From: Catajapyx aquilonaris
Lineage: Eukaryota
Reading direction: 5' to 3'
Length of the DNA: 50,111 bases
NCBI GenBank assembly: GCA_000934665.2
Contig: JYFJ02002830.1
Location: forward strand, 1-50,111
A program made the position numbers and the translations under genes. Every line of letters starts with the position of its first letter. The stretch's first letter is position 1. Shown here piece by piece: positions 49,876-50,111 of the stretch. The notes beneath the pieces are model-generated. The model ran no database searches and was not told the origin of the DNA. It saw only the letters and a program-made list of their open reading frames with translations.

Positions 49876-50111
49876 TCTAATATATATAAAGCCCCACGCC
49901 GAGGAGGAGGATATAGGATGAAAAAGATTTCGCACTTCCCGGGGTCGGAGAGACGTCGGACTTACGCCGTTGGATTCCTTGCCACCGGGTTACAATATCC
50001 AAAAATCCTCAAACCCGCGAATTTCCCAGCCGTTTTCGAGATCGCCAAATTAAATGTAGACGCTAACCCGAGATCGCGAAATTAATGTATACCCCCAACT
50101 CCCCCGGTTCC
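49876..50111 (+). mobile_element. Helitron-like 5' end running off the window
   Basis: A|TCTAATATATATAAAG start. Homology to family K stops exactly here, and the paralog (~36420) reads ctga|tataag, an A|T site. Confidence 0.65.

Overview
Eukaryotic, invertebrate-like (probably arthropod) repeat-rich DNA with no intact protein-coding gene I can support. The window is a patchwork of short, decayed coding fragments that nearly all read on the minus strand, so the + strand is visibly T-rich and antisense to them. Recognisable pieces include several fragments resembling the L polymerase of non-segmented negative-strand RNA viruses (Mononegavirales-like), a possible toti-like (Ghabrivirales) RdRp fragment, and at least ten families of unidentified coding fragments present in 2-6 diverged copies. 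Transposon relics include mariner, Transib, AcademX, a piggyBac-like MITE, a Ty3/Gypsy protease, RTE and other LINE pieces, Helitron ends and a CACTA-like end with a 44-bp array. Several homologous dead fragments differ mainly at synonymous positions, which suggests repeated capture from related, still-functional sources. Recent internal duplications carry templated-insertion scars at their breakpoints. Best interpretation (inference): a unistrand piRNA-cluster-like archive of endogenous viral elements and TEs. All viral assignments are by-eye motif matches on degenerate sequence and need profile searches.
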